Assembly (NCBI GenBank): GCA_963668175.1
Contig: OY764159.1
Span: 2,368,001-2,432,000 of the forward strand
Direction of reading: 5' to 3'
Source of the DNA: Syntrophales bacterium
GTDB lineage: Bacteria; Desulfobacterota; Syntrophia; Syntrophales; PHBD01
Length of the DNA: 64,000 nucleotides
Shown here: one piece after another, positions 8,562-19,213 of the stretch
Numbering within the stretch: position 1 is the first letter of the stretch
Layout of the letters: every line of letters starts with the position of its first letter
The notes under the pieces: generated by a model
The model's input: only the letters and a program-made list of their open reading frames with translations
Database searches by the model: none
Told to the model about the DNA's origin: nothing
Program-made: the position numbers and the translations under genes

Positions 8562-10166
8562 TCAGACGGAGACCTGGACGGCATAACGCTTGTGGCAGTG
8601 CACGCAATAGGCGAGGACGTCGTAGGTCCCCGCTTCTGCGCCGATATCGAGGGGATACAGGTATTCCGACTCCAGGCCACAGTGCGGGCAGAAGGCGACG
8701 ATCCGGACGTTCTCCCTTTTGCGGTCTTCCGGAGCCGTGCGATCCGCGTGGCAGGTCCCTTGCCTTTCCGCGGATGCCGCCCTTACCGCCAGGAAGTCCG
8801 ACAGCTGCGTCAGGGCCGAACCCATGACGTCCCTGAAAACCGGGGTGGGCATGGACGTCATGTTGAAGACGGCGGCCTTGTCCCTGCCCATGACTTCGTA
8901 ATAGGCCTTCCGGTCGGAGATGAGGCCGCGATCCACGCACGACTGAAAGAGGGAACTGCCGGGGTAGGGCACGACGAAACCGATGGAGACCATATGGTCC
9001 TTGAAGCGGGTCTCGTAGGCGCGGCGCGTCTGTCTTACGGATGTAACGGTCTCCGCGACATCGCCCAGGATGAGGTTCCCCTGGAATCCCATGCCCGCTT
9101 TCTCCGTCGCTTCGAGGGCGCTCATGATCTCCATGGGCGTGATTCCCTTTTTCATGCTCGCGAGGACTTCGGGGCTCGCGCTTTCCAGGCCGTACATGAT
9201 GTACGCGCAGCCCGCCTCCTTCATCTCCCGCAGGAGGTCCTCGTTCACGCCGCTGTCCACCCGGAGGCTGCACGTCCAGTCGAAGTCCATGCTGTGTTCC
9301 TTCCTCACCCGCTTCAGCCCTTCGCATAGGGCGTGCAGCCGTCCCTTGCGGGCCGCCAGCAGCTCGTCGTAGATGAAGAGGAAGTTGAACAGGTAACGCT
9401 TGTAGAAATGAACGACCTCGGCGAGGAAGCTTTCGATGCTGCGCATCCGGTATTCCTGCCTTCCCCATCCCGCGGCGTCGAGGCAGAACGTGCAGCGGTG
9501 GGGGCAGGATCGTCCGAGGGAGATCGGCAGGACCCGCGGATGGGTGCGCGTGTGCAGGAACGTGTCCGTCACCGCCGGGGACTGGGTCGCCATCTCCAGA
9601 TATCGGTCGTAATCGAAAATGTCGTACAGGGGGTAGGGCAGCCTGTCCAGATCGCGGGACATCTGGCGCTTTTCCGTCATGCGCATTTCCCCCGCATCCC
9701 GGTAAAGAAGATTGGGGACCGTTTCCAGGTTTCCCTTTTTCTCCAGGCAATCGAGGAGCATGACGAACGATTCCTCCGCGTCGCCCATGAGGGCGTAATC
9801 GGGGGCAAGATCGGAAAAGACGAAGGGCGCGTCGAAGGTGATGAGGCCGCCGCCGCAGACGATCGGCGTGCCGGGCGCCCATTTCCGGGCATGGGCGATG
9901 GCGTCGCGGACAAAGAGGTAGTCGGAGGTCAATCCTCCCATGGCGACGACGTCGGGGCGGTGTTGCGCGACGGCCGCCTTCAGGCAATTTTCCAGCGCTT
10001 GATTTGCCGAAGGGACGCACCATTCGTAATTGACGGTCGCGCCGAACACGTCGTGCCCGGCGGCCGCCGCCGATGCCGCGATGTAGGGAAGCCCCTGCCC
10101 GAAATGCATCAGGGAGGGCTCGACGGCCGGGTAATTCGATTTTGTCTGCAAGAAGAGAATGCGCAT
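8562..10166 (-). CDS. B12-binding-domain radical SAM protein
   Basis: N-terminal cobalamin-binding-like region (GLPYIAA..PDVVAM..IVCGG), CPHRCTFC, YGLESAS; C-terminal CPHC..CVHC; alternative GTG start 10178. Confidence 0.87.
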   Translation of the reverse strand: MRILFLQTKSNYPAVEPSLMHFGQGLPYIAASAAAAGHDVFGATVNYEWCVPSANQALENCLKAAVAQHRPDVVAMGGLTSDYLFVRDAIAHARKWAPGTPIVCGGGLITFDAPFVFSDLAPDYALMGDAEESFVMLLDCLEKKGNLETVPNLLYRDAGEMRMTEKRQMSRDLDRLPYPLYDIFDYDRYLEMATQSPAVTDTFLHTRTHPRVLPISLGRSCPHRCTFCLDAAGWGRQEYRMRSIESFLAEVVHFYKRYLFNFLFIYDELLAARKGRLHALCEGLKRVRKEHSMDFDWTCSLRVDSGVNEDLLREMKEAGCAYIMYGLESASPEVLASMKKGITPMEIMSALEATEKAGMGFQGNLILGDVAETVTSVRQTRRAYETRFKDHMVSIGFVVPYPGSSLFQSCVDRGLISDRKAYYEVMGRDKAAVFNMTSMPTPVFRDVMGSALTQLSDFLAVRAASAERQGTCHADRTAPEDRKRENVRIVAFCPHCGLESEYLYPLDIGAEAGTYDVLAYCVHCHKRYAVQVSV

Positions 10167-10422
10167 CGCCGGGGTCACCTGTGATAAAAGCTCGTTTTCG
10201 CGTCAAGAGTAAGTTCGTCGGGCCTGAATGTCAACGGAATATTGAGCGTAACATGCGGAACGCGGCGCAGTGGACGGGTAAAAGCAGGCCTATACCGTCC
10301 GTCGTTTTACGCGGACAGAGCGCCTGGGTGAAGAAGGCTAACGTACCAGGATGGGGCATGAACGGGCACGCGCCGCACCAAGCCTCCTGGAAGGATTTCA
10401 ACTAGAATACCTACCGCAAACT

Positions 10423-10791
10423 TCATTCCTTCTCATCTGACTTTTTGGGCCGTCTAAAAAGATAAATTGGATTCCTTGTTGAAACGCCCCCTGCTAAAAA
10501 GAATGAAAAAAAGCAAATAAATATAATGATCCGAATGATTAAAATCTCTTCGTAGACTGAAAAAACAAAAACGAACGGGACTATTGTGATGACTAACCAA
10601 TCCACGAGTAATAGCGATTTTAATCCAAGAATGATTTTCTTCTTTGGAGAAAATATCCGAAGACAGGTAACGGAAAAGAAAGTAACAATAGAAAGAAAAT
10701 CAGCGTCCGAAGCATGGAAGTGCGAAAGACTGAAATAAACACCTGCACCGAAGAAGCTGCCAATTGCAATACTCTTGATGATTTCTGCCAT
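10423..10791 (-). CDS. Small AT-rich hypothetical membrane protein (about 4 TM)
   Basis: AGAGGA RBS, hydrophobic ORF filling an AT-rich patch directly downstream of pbpC. Confidence 0.6.
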   Translation of the reverse strand: MAEIIKSIAIGSFFGAGVYFSLSHFHASDADFLSIVTFFSVTCLRIFSPKKKIILGLKSLLLVDWLVITIVPFVFVFSVYEEILIIRIIIFICFFSFFLAGGVSTRNPIYLFRRPKKSDEKE

Positions 10792-10842
10792 TTCCGTTTC
10801 CTCTTTGAGCATAAATTGGAATCCGACGAAACGAAGAACCGC

Positions 10843-12999
10843 TCACCGCACCACAAAAGTGACCGAATCGAGGATGCGCTCTTCTTCGTCCGTGATGGCG
10901 AGGATGTGGGTGCCGCGCTCCGGCTTCCAGAGGAAGGCGCTGCCGGAGGCGACCGTCCTTTCGTCGAGGCGCCAGGCGAAGCGCCGCCCCTCGGGTCGGG
11001 CGCTGAAGGATACGCGCTGGTGATCCTCGGGGATGTCGGGGTCGATGGTGATGATGCTCCCGCGGACGGGATACGCGATGGACGGCTTCTCGTGCCTCAG
11101 GTTTCGGGCTATGGCCGTATCCGGCTCGGAGCCTGCGACGAACCATTCCTGCCGGTCCGGTTCGATGCCGTCCGCGAATTGGACCTTCTTGGCAACAACG
11201 CCCGGCGTGGGCTTCGGCGGCCGCGAACCCGTCGATGCGTGGAGGGCGTTCATCGTCTCCGTCCAGACCGGCGCCGCGCCGCTGATGCCCGTGACGTTCC
11301 ACATGGGCTCGCCCGCGAAGTTCCCGATCCAGACGCCCACCGTGTATCTCTCCGAATAGCCGATGCACCAGTTGTCCCGCATGTCCTTGCTGGTGCCGGT
11401 CTTCACCGCCGTCCAATAGCGCGTGGACAGGAAATTTTCCAAACCGAACGTGGCGCTTCTCGACTCCCTGTCGGAGAGGATGCTCCCGATGATAAACGCC
11501 GCGTCCCTGTCCACGATCCGTTTCGGTTTCGCCCGCGCCTCGCCGGGAAGCAGTCTGAGCGCCGACCATTCGCCGCCGTTCGCCAGAGCCCGGTAGGCGT
11601 TGGCAAGCTCGTAGAGGCTGACGTCGATGGAGCCGAGGGCCGCGGAGTAGCCGTAGTAGTAAGGCTCCCTGCTGATGCTCTCCAGGCCGAGCGCTTTGAG
11701 ACGCTCCACGAAAGGCTCCACGCCGACGAGCAGCAGCGTGCGCACGGCCGGGATATTGAGAGACGACGAGAGCGCCGTCCGGACGGTCACCGGCCCCAGG
11801 TAGTCGTTGCCGTAGTTCTCCGGGACGTAAAGGCCCGTCGGCGTCGGGATCTGGAGCGGCGCGTCCTCCAGGATCGACGCGGCGGTGAGGAGCCGCTTCT
11901 CGACGGCAAGGCCGTACAGGAACGGCTTGAGCGTCGAGCCCGCCTGACGGACCGCCCTGATGCCGTCCACGTGGGAGGCCGACGAAGCCGGGCCGCTGTT
12001 TCCCACGTAGGCCAGGATGTCGCCGGTTTTGTTGTCGAGGACGATCACCGCGCCGTCATGGACGTTGCGGCCGGAGAGGTCGCCGAGGCGGCGGTTGAGG
12101 ATGTCGTAGACGCGCTCCTGGAGCCTGCCGTCGAGGGTCGTCCGCACGCGCTGGCCGCTCTCGGAAAGCAGCATGCGCGCCACATGGGGCGCGAGGGCGA
12201 TCTGGGGCCGGACGAGGTAGGGCCGGCCGATCTTTTCGCGGACGAGGGCGGAAATCTCTTCCGCCGACGCTTGGGACCCCAGGGACTGGCCGATGAGATA
12301 GGCGCGGGAGGCGATGCGCTCAAGGGACGTCCGGGCGGAAGGTATCAGCGCGGCCAGGATGCAGGATTCGCTGTCGTTGAGGCCGGAGGGCTCCTTGTCG
12401 AAGAAACCCCTGGACGCTGCGGCGATGCCCTGGACCTCGCCCCTGAAGCCGATGAGGTTGAGATAGCTTTCGAGGATTTCGTCCTTTGTCCACGTCCTTT
12501 CGATCTGCCGCGCGTAGCGCATCTGGCGGAGCTTCTCGCGGAACGTTCTCCGGGCGTGCCGGGGCCGCAGGTCCTTGTCCAGACGGGCCGCAAGCTGCAT
12601 GGTGATCGTGCTCGCGCCCCGCGCTTTTCCGCCTGTCAGGCGCTTCGCGGCGGATGCGGCGACGGCCCGCCAGTCCACGCCGGAATGTTCGCGGAAGCGC
12701 CTGTCCTCTGCATGGACGACGGCCTTGACGAGCGCGGGCGAGATGTCCGCAAGGGCCGTCCAGTCCAGGCGCCGGCCCTGGGGGTCGACGCGGAGTTCAT
12801 GGATCACCCGGCCGTGCCGGTCGAGGAGGACGGCGTCCGAAACCTTGAAGCTCTCTTTCACTTTCGCGAACGTCGGGCAGGGCGGCCCCGCCTGTCTCAG
12901 GAACAGCGCCGCCGCGGCGAAAAGCAACAGGACGCCCGCGCCGAGAATCGACGCCGTCCATATGACGAATTTTCTGTTAACGACGATACGCATGGTCAT
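10843..12999 (-). CDS. pbpC: Penicillin-binding protein 1C
   Basis: TM anchor, transglycosylase EDRRF and GASTITMQL, transpeptidase GSTLK/SLN/KTGT, C-terminal domain; adjacent to alpha-2-macroglobulin. Confidence 0.93.
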   Translation of the reverse strand: MTMRIVVNRKFVIWTASILGAGVLLLFAAAALFLRQAGPPCPTFAKVKESFKVSDAVLLDRHGRVIHELRVDPQGRRLDWTALADISPALVKAVVHAEDRRFREHSGVDWRAVAASAAKRLTGGKARGASTITMQLAARLDKDLRPRHARRTFREKLRQMRYARQIERTWTKDEILESYLNLIGFRGEVQGIAAASRGFFDKEPSGLNDSESCILAALIPSARTSLERIASRAYLIGQSLGSQASAEEISALVREKIGRPYLVRPQIALAPHVARMLLSESGQRVRTTLDGRLQERVYDILNRRLGDLSGRNVHDGAVIVLDNKTGDILAYVGNSGPASSASHVDGIRAVRQAGSTLKPFLYGLAVEKRLLTAASILEDAPLQIPTPTGLYVPENYGNDYLGPVTVRTALSSSLNIPAVRTLLLVGVEPFVERLKALGLESISREPYYYGYSAALGSIDVSLYELANAYRALANGGEWSALRLLPGEARAKPKRIVDRDAAFIIGSILSDRESRSATFGLENFLSTRYWTAVKTGTSKDMRDNWCIGYSERYTVGVWIGNFAGEPMWNVTGISGAAPVWTETMNALHASTGSRPPKPTPGVVAKKVQFADGIEPDRQEWFVAGSEPDTAIARNLRHEKPSIAYPVRGSIITIDPDIPEDHQRVSFSARPEGRRFAWRLDERTVASGSAFLWKPERGTHILAITDEEERILDSVTFVVR

Positions 13000-13068
13000 G
13001 GCGCAACTGCGCTATTTCCGGTCATCATCCGGCGAACCCGCAGACTCTCCCGCGGGCGCGCCCGCCGC

Positions 13069-16000
13069 CTATTGGCCGTTCGCCGGTTCGACTTTCACGT
13101 CCCGGTTGGGGACCTCCCCGAACATCTCCGGAGCGTAGAGGGCCTCGACGCGCGTGGCGGGCAGCTTGAACGACCCCGGATTGTTGAGGCGGATCGTGTA
13201 TTCCACCGACCACTTGCCCTTCGGGATGTATTCGTAGTAGCTGCGGAACGCCTCGAAGGTGCGCTCCGTGTAGGCCGGCCACGCCCAGCCCGTGCTCTTC
13301 TCCTTCGCCGTGAGGAGCGACGAGCCGCCCATGTCGGCCCTTAGGATGCCCGCTCCGGCCGGTATCGGGTCGTTCACGACCACCCACGTCATGTCGGCCT
13401 GCGCCTCCATGTCGAGATTAATCCGGAGGACGTCGCCGCGGCTCCACTTGCCTTTCACCTTCTGCTCCACGGCCGTGACGGTCTTCTTGATCTTGTAGCC
13501 GCTGGAGAAGGGCTCCTTCAGGGGGATCGCGGCCATGCTCCGGACCACGGCCCACGGCGCGCCCGTTCCCTTCTGGGCGATGCGGAGCGTCTCTTTGCCG
13601 CGAGGCCAGCCGAACGAGAGCGTCCTGCCCTCCGGCGCGCCCGCCCAATCGACCGAGGCCGTATTGCCGTTGAGCGTTGCCGATGCGGTGCCGGTCACGG
13701 CCGTCGCTTCGTACTTCTGCGAGAATTTCTCCACGGCCAGCACCCCCCAGGCGTTTGCCACGGTCGTGTCCCAGTGGCCGCGGCGCATGCGGTTCATGGC
13801 CCCCGCCGTCAGGCGCGGGATGTCCTCGTCCCAGCCGGGGGCGTCGAGGAGCGCCAGGATCGCCTTCATCGTGCTGCTGTCCAGGGATTCCATGAGCCAC
13901 CAGAGGGAGCTTATCGTCTCCGTGGAGAGACCCATCGTCGTCCCCTGGAGGTTCATCCGCGAACGGAGGATCTGCCGCGCGGCCTGGAGCCTGGCGTCCC
14001 TGTCCTTGAGCTTCTCTGCCCGCGCCAGGACGTTTGCCCAGTTGACGACCGCCGACGTGGGCCAGAGGTTCGGCTCGACGGGGATGGAACTCAGGTCCTT
14101 ATCGGAAAGGTTGACATAGCGCGAAAGGGCCTCCGCCGCCGCGACCTTCCGGATGGAGAGGTCCGCCGTGGGCAGGGCGCCGTAGCGGACGACGCGCCCC
14201 TCGATGAAGCCCTTGAGCCCGCCGGTCGTTCTCTCCTTCAGATAGTCGGGGAATTCGTAGCCGGCCTCGTTCGCGACCGAAAGAACGTAGGCCGTCAGCA
14301 CGTCGCTCCCGTTGGTCATGACCGGGAAGTACTTGAGGAGGCCCGCGCCGTCGAGGTACGAAGGCATGTCCCGGACGATCGCCGCCCACATGGCCCTGTC
14401 GCGCAGCGCGACCGCCCTGGACACCCGCTGTTCGAGGCAGGTGTATGGATAGTAACTCATGTACTCCCGGACGCCCGCAAGGCTGCGCGAAAGCGTGGGT
14501 TTCACGTCCACGTGGACGCCGCCCCTTCCGGATACGGCGTCCTTCGGCTTTTCGACGTCCGTGCGGAACGCGTCCTTCACCTGGACGAGCGTCGCCTGGA
14601 ACGTCCGCACGGGCACGGCCTTGGCGACCTTCTGGGATACCTTCATGCGGTCGGAGGCCTCGCCGCCTTTCTCCTTCACGGCGATTTCGTAATCGAGGCG
14701 GTCCACGTCGAAGGGCACCGTGACGGGCCACGCAATCTCCTTCGCTTCGCCTGCGGCGATCTTCGCCGAAACGGTTTCCTGCGGCTGTTTCTCCTTGCCG
14801 CCGACGGACAGCGTCAGCTCGACGTCCATCGGCCTTTCCGAGGCGTTCCGCACCGTGAAACCCGCCGCGAAGGAATCGCCCTCGCGGACGAGCTGGGGCA
14901 GGCCCGACATCAGCATCAGGTCCTGCGACGTTCTGACGGTGGCCTCGCCCGTGCCGAAGAGGCCCGTGCCGCCGTCGGCCACCGCGACGATCCGGAAGGC
15001 CGTCAGGGAGTCGTTGAGGGGAATCTTCACGGAAGCCTCGCCGTTCGCGTCCAGCGCCACGCGCCCCTTCCAGAGGAGCAGCGTATCGAACAGCTCGCGC
15101 GTCGTCTGCCTGCCGCCGCCTCCGCCGTGAGCGAGGGCTTTGAGGCCGAAGTGGCGTTTGCCGACGACCATCGCCTGCGCGGTCGAGGTCTCGATCTCGT
15201 AGGCGCGACGGCCCATCATGGCGTTCAGGAGCTTCCAGCTTTGATTGGACATGAGGAGCAAAAGCCCCTCGTCGACGGCCGCGATGGCGACCTCGGTCCC
15301 CGCCGGCGGGGCAAGGCCCCCGGCCTTCATGGCCTTCACGCGGACGTCCATCGTCTCGCGTATTTTGTAGACGCCCTTGTTCGGCCTCACCGAGACGAGA
15401 AGTTCGTGGTCCTTCCAGCCGACGTTGATCTCGCCGATGCCGATCTTGTAGGCGGGCCTGCCGGGATCGAAGGTCGCCGTCGGTTTCGTGTCTCCGACGC
15501 GACCGCGCACGACAAGGACCGAGACGTAGACGTTCGGGGCGTAGTGCGGTTTCACAGGCACTTCGACGACGGGCGCTTTGCCCGATAGCTTCTGCGTGAA
15601 CGTATCGACGACGCCTTCGCGCTCCACGGTCACGAGGGCCGTGGCCTCGCGGAAGGGCATCCGGACCTGGAAGCGCGCCGTTTCGCCGGGTTCGTAGCGC
15701 TTCTTCTCCGGCAGGACGTCGATGCGGTCCTCGTTCTTCGCCGCGAACCACCACTCGTCGCTCCCCGCCACCCACAGCGTGTAGTTGGCGGAGGCCGTGT
15801 TGCCGGCGGCGTCCTTCACTTCCGCGTGAAGGATGATGCTTCCCGACGCAGGCGGTTTCCCTTCGCAGACGAGGATGCCGTTCTTCCCGGTCTTGCCTGC
15901 GAAATGGCGGCCCAGGGCCTTGATCTCCGTTGTGTGCCGGTAGGCGTAGAATCCGCCGACGAGGCGGACGCGGTGGGAGATGGTGCTTTCCTGGAAGACG

Positions 16001-19000
16001 TCGACGGTGACGTCCGCGCCCTCCACGGGATTTCCCTTGAGATCGACGACGGCGACATTATACTTGACGACGTCCTTCGAGGCGACCCACGAGTCGGGCT
16101 TGATGCCCACGAGCCTGCCCGAAGGATACAGGGCGATATTCGCCGTGGCCGTCTTGGTTTCGCCGTTCGGGTCGCGGAATTCCATCTCTGTGTGGATTTC
16201 CCTGGCCGCGACTATTTCGGGAAGCTTCCCGAACGTCGCCCTGGCAACGCCCGCCGCGTCGAGCGTCACGTCCCGGGTCGGGAGGCGCAGCGTTTTGCCG
16301 GAAGCGGGCGGCGTTTCATCCTCGCCCTCTTCGGCGAATTCCTCTTGGTCCCTCCGGTCCGCGGCGCTGACCGTGCCCGCCTTGACGGGGCCCCCAGCGA
16401 AGACGTAATCGTCAAAGTCCGGGAAGGAGACGTTCCTCTCCCGGATTTCGGCCCGCAGCCGGACGGGCAGGTACGCCGCCCCGCCGCCGGAGAGATATGA
16501 CACGGAAAGATCGACGTTCGCCTCCTTCGGCCGGACCAAAGGCGAGGCGGGGCCCTGGACGATGCCCTTCATCAGCGGGACGCGGAACTCCTCCACGCGG
16601 AACGAGCCCGACGCCCGGGACATGCCCGAATACCTGCGGCGCGCATTACCGTCGCTCTCCTGCTTCCTGCCCAGGGCGATGCTGTAAGTCCCGAGCTTCG
16701 CGCCGTCCGGTATCTTCCAGGTGGTTTCGGCGACGCCGCGGGCGTGCCACGCGAGGGGGAAGCGGTACTGCTGGTCGCTCCCCTGGTGTTCGATGACGAT
16801 CTCGTCGGGCCTCTGCTCCGCGGGCACCTGGGCGAACCCGCCGATGGTGTGCCTGCGGAGGAAATGCTTCATGTGGACCGTTTCGCCCGCCTTAAACAGG
16901 GCCCTGTCGAGGACCGTATGGACGATGATGCCGTCCTGTGCCTCGTAAGAGGTGGGAAGCTGGAAGCGCCAGGGCTCGATGCCCTCGTGCCAGCTCGAAT
17001 GGGTGAAGGTCATGTCGCCCGCGGTCCGGGCGAAGACGTAGAGGCCGCCGCCCAGGTTCCCCAGGGCGTGCGACGCCTCGCCGTAGTTGGCATGGATCTC
17101 GCAGCGGGGGAGCGCATCCGCCGAGGGCAGGAGGGTGTTGACGAGGGCGACGCCCCGGCCGTCGGTCTTCCCGCGCCAGAGGGCGTTCCCTGTGCAGTCC
17201 CGGATGGCAACGTCCGCGCCGGGCACCGGCTCCGCGCGGTCGAGCGACGTGACCCAGACGAGGGACGACTCCCGGCCCCACTTGAAATGGGCGGCGAGGT
17301 TCGTGACCAGCGCGGCCGCCTGGACGTACATGGTCGGATGCTCGCCCAGCCCGCGGAGTTTCGCTGCGCCCTTGACGGCCCGGCGGTTGCGTTTGGGCGC
17401 TGCGCCGTCTTCCTCCTGGAATTCCTTGGGCAGCTTAAGCAGCCGGTCGCCCAGGATGCGGCTTTCGATCTCGACGACGTAGAATCCCGGGCCGCCCAAC
17501 GGTATGCCCATGACCTCGAAGGCCCTGGCCCCGCCCGGCTTCGGCACGGTGAGGGCCTTCCCTTCGCCGCTTTTGAAGATCGATTTCTCGCGCTCGGCCG
17601 CGGCCGTCTTGTGGAGCCACTCGATCACGCGCACGTCGCTGTCTGCCGGGACCATCCGGACCTTGCCCGCCATCTTCTGCGGGAGACTGCCCGCCGGGGG
17701 CGCGTCCGCGCTTGTCTTCGCCGCATCGCCCTGCGCTTCAGCCTGTTCGTCGTCGTTTTCACTTGTCCCCTTCAGGGGAGCCGCTGCTTTGAGAAGCCGG
17801 TTCTTGATGTCCGCCTCGATGTTCCGCACCGTCACGGGAAGCAGGCCGTCGCCCTTCGACTCGATGATGCCGAAGCGCGAGGAGAATTTCGCCAGCGGCG
17901 GGTACGTGTGCGTGCGCACTTCCAGCGGGAATTTGCCGATGTTTGAAAGCGCCCGGCCAGAGTCGTCCCTGACCGTTTTGGGAACGACCAGGGAGAAGAC
18001 GGCCTTCTCCGGGAACGGCCCGTTGAAGATCACGGAACGGATGAATGTCGCGTTGTCTTCGTCGTCCTTCTCGAACGCCGGTTTCCAGACCTTGCCGCCC
18101 TTGCCTTTGAGGACGATCTGCCTGGCAAGGTTGACCGGCACCGAAGCGGAGAAGTAGAGCTTCATGGGCAGTACCGGGATGCAGCCGACGCCCGGCTTCT
18201 CGCGGCCGCACGTGAAGTCCGCCTTGAAAGGCGACCGGACCTTGAAGGCCAGGACCTGGTCATCCGTCGTGGCGACGCCGCTTGCCGAGGCCACGCCCGC
18301 GCCCCAGACGAGCTTCACCTGCGCGGACGAGGGGAACCGCTGTTTCGCCTGGACGAGGACGAGGTGGCTGTTTTCCGTTTTTTTATGGACGATCCGGTAG
18401 CGGAGCTTCCCGATCCAGACGCTCGCGCTGTCCTTGCCGCGCGGGTAGATGGCCTCCATGATGGCGTCGCGCTCCTTGCCTTTCACGATCCTTGCGCCGA
18501 CGCGCTCCTTGATGCCTTCGACGGAGAAGTAGACCTGGCTCGCTATCGTCTCTTCGCGGGCTTCCGCGTCGAGGACGAGGGCGAAGATCTGCTGCTCGTC
18601 GATCTCCTCGTTGCCCTCATAGGGGTTGACGCCGATGACGGCGGGGCCGCCGGTGGAGAATTGGAATGTCCTTTGGCCCGTGACCTCTTTGCCCGCGAGG
18701 GTTTTGACGCCGGGCTTCAAAGCGAACTCGCAGACGACCCCCGCCGGGAGGTTGCGGGCGAAGTCGAACGACCAGTTGCGCCCGTCGATCCAGCGGCCCT
18801 GGCCCTTTTCCGGGCATTTCACATCGAAGGGATCTGTCAGGCGGGGATCGCCGAAGGCGACCATCTGCTCGGAGAACCGGGCCGTCGCCTGGCGGACGCC
18901 CTTGACGACGCCCTGCGGCGAGAAGAGGTCCACCGTGGCCGGCCCCTGGGCCATAACGGGATTCGTGAGAAGGGAAAAGAGAACGGCCGCCGCAATCAGA

Positions 19001-19014
19001 AGCCTTTTCGCCAT
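13069..19014 (-). CDS. Bacterial alpha-2-macroglobulin family protein
   Basis: 1981 aa, signal peptide, MG-type motifs (DRALFKAGETV, FRVEEF, AAVDEG), thioester CLEQ in YPYTCLEQ, C-terminal PATRVEALYAPE; operon with pbpC. Confidence 0.93.
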   Translation of the reverse strand: MAKRLLIAAAVLFSLLTNPVMAQGPATVDLFSPQGVVKGVRQATARFSEQMVAFGDPRLTDPFDVKCPEKGQGRWIDGRNWSFDFARNLPAGVVCEFALKPGVKTLAGKEVTGQRTFQFSTGGPAVIGVNPYEGNEEIDEQQIFALVLDAEAREETIASQVYFSVEGIKERVGARIVKGKERDAIMEAIYPRGKDSASVWIGKLRYRIVHKKTENSHLVLVQAKQRFPSSAQVKLVWGAGVASASGVATTDDQVLAFKVRSPFKADFTCGREKPGVGCIPVLPMKLYFSASVPVNLARQIVLKGKGGKVWKPAFEKDDEDNATFIRSVIFNGPFPEKAVFSLVVPKTVRDDSGRALSNIGKFPLEVRTHTYPPLAKFSSRFGIIESKGDGLLPVTVRNIEADIKNRLLKAAAPLKGTSENDDEQAEAQGDAAKTSADAPPAGSLPQKMAGKVRMVPADSDVRVIEWLHKTAAAEREKSIFKSGEGKALTVPKPGGARAFEVMGIPLGGPGFYVVEIESRILGDRLLKLPKEFQEEDGAAPKRNRRAVKGAAKLRGLGEHPTMYVQAAALVTNLAAHFKWGRESSLVWVTSLDRAEPVPGADVAIRDCTGNALWRGKTDGRGVALVNTLLPSADALPRCEIHANYGEASHALGNLGGGLYVFARTAGDMTFTHSSWHEGIEPWRFQLPTSYEAQDGIIVHTVLDRALFKAGETVHMKHFLRRHTIGGFAQVPAEQRPDEIVIEHQGSDQQYRFPLAWHARGVAETTWKIPDGAKLGTYSIALGRKQESDGNARRRYSGMSRASGSFRVEEFRVPLMKGIVQGPASPLVRPKEANVDLSVSYLSGGGAAYLPVRLRAEIRERNVSFPDFDDYVFAGGPVKAGTVSAADRRDQEEFAEEGEDETPPASGKTLRLPTRDVTLDAAGVARATFGKLPEIVAAREIHTEMEFRDPNGETKTATANIALYPSGRLVGIKPDSWVASKDVVKYNVAVVDLKGNPVEGADVTVDVFQESTISHRVRLVGGFYAYRHTTEIKALGRHFAGKTGKNGILVCEGKPPASGSIILHAEVKDAAGNTASANYTLWVAGSDEWWFAAKNEDRIDVLPEKKRYEPGETARFQVRMPFREATALVTVEREGVVDTFTQKLSGKAPVVEVPVKPHYAPNVYVSVLVVRGRVGDTKPTATFDPGRPAYKIGIGEINVGWKDHELLVSVRPNKGVYKIRETMDVRVKAMKAGGLAPPAGTEVAIAAVDEGLLLLMSNQSWKLLNAMMGRRAYEIETSTAQAMVVGKRHFGLKALAHGGGGGRQTTRELFDTLLLWKGRVALDANGEASVKIPLNDSLTAFRIVAVADGGTGLFGTGEATVRTSQDLMLMSGLPQLVREGDSFAAGFTVRNASERPMDVELTLSVGGKEKQPQETVSAKIAAGEAKEIAWPVTVPFDVDRLDYEIAVKEKGGEASDRMKVSQKVAKAVPVRTFQATLVQVKDAFRTDVEKPKDAVSGRGGVHVDVKPTLSRSLAGVREYMSYYPYTCLEQRVSRAVALRDRAMWAAIVRDMPSYLDGAGLLKYFPVMTNGSDVLTAYVLSVANEAGYEFPDYLKERTTGGLKGFIEGRVVRYGALPTADLSIRKVAAAEALSRYVNLSDKDLSSIPVEPNLWPTSAVVNWANVLARAEKLKDRDARLQAARQILRSRMNLQGTTMGLSTETISSLWWLMESLDSSTMKAILALLDAPGWDEDIPRLTAGAMNRMRRGHWDTTVANAWGVLAVEKFSQKYEATAVTGTASATLNGNTASVDWAGAPEGRTLSFGWPRGKETLRIAQKGTGAPWAVVRSMAAIPLKEPFSSGYKIKKTVTAVEQKVKGKWSRGDVLRINLDMEAQADMTWVVVNDPIPAGAGILRADMGGSSLLTAKEKSTGWAWPAYTERTFEAFRSYYEYIPKGKWSVEYTIRLNNPGSFKLPATRVEALYAPEMFGEVPNRDVKVEPANGQ

Positions 19015-19213
19015 GTCTTCGCCTCGCTTTCTGCGTGTTTTATGTGATGAATTTCAATGTCGCATATTGCTATTCCGTACTATGCATCAATTTGAGGGAG
19101 GTTTCAAACTGTTTGTGGGGTTGTTCATGGGGGTGGGTAAGGTGGTCAGCTGCCAAGCCGGGAGATAGCGCTATGCACAGGCAGGCAAAATGGATATAGC
19201 GGGTCTTGATTGA

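Noticed and set aside
10300..10322. GTCC..GGAC dyad upstream of the B12 radical SAM gene as a fourth enhancer
   Set aside because: Spacer is 12 nt, single copy, with no matching TGGCA site at the expected distance
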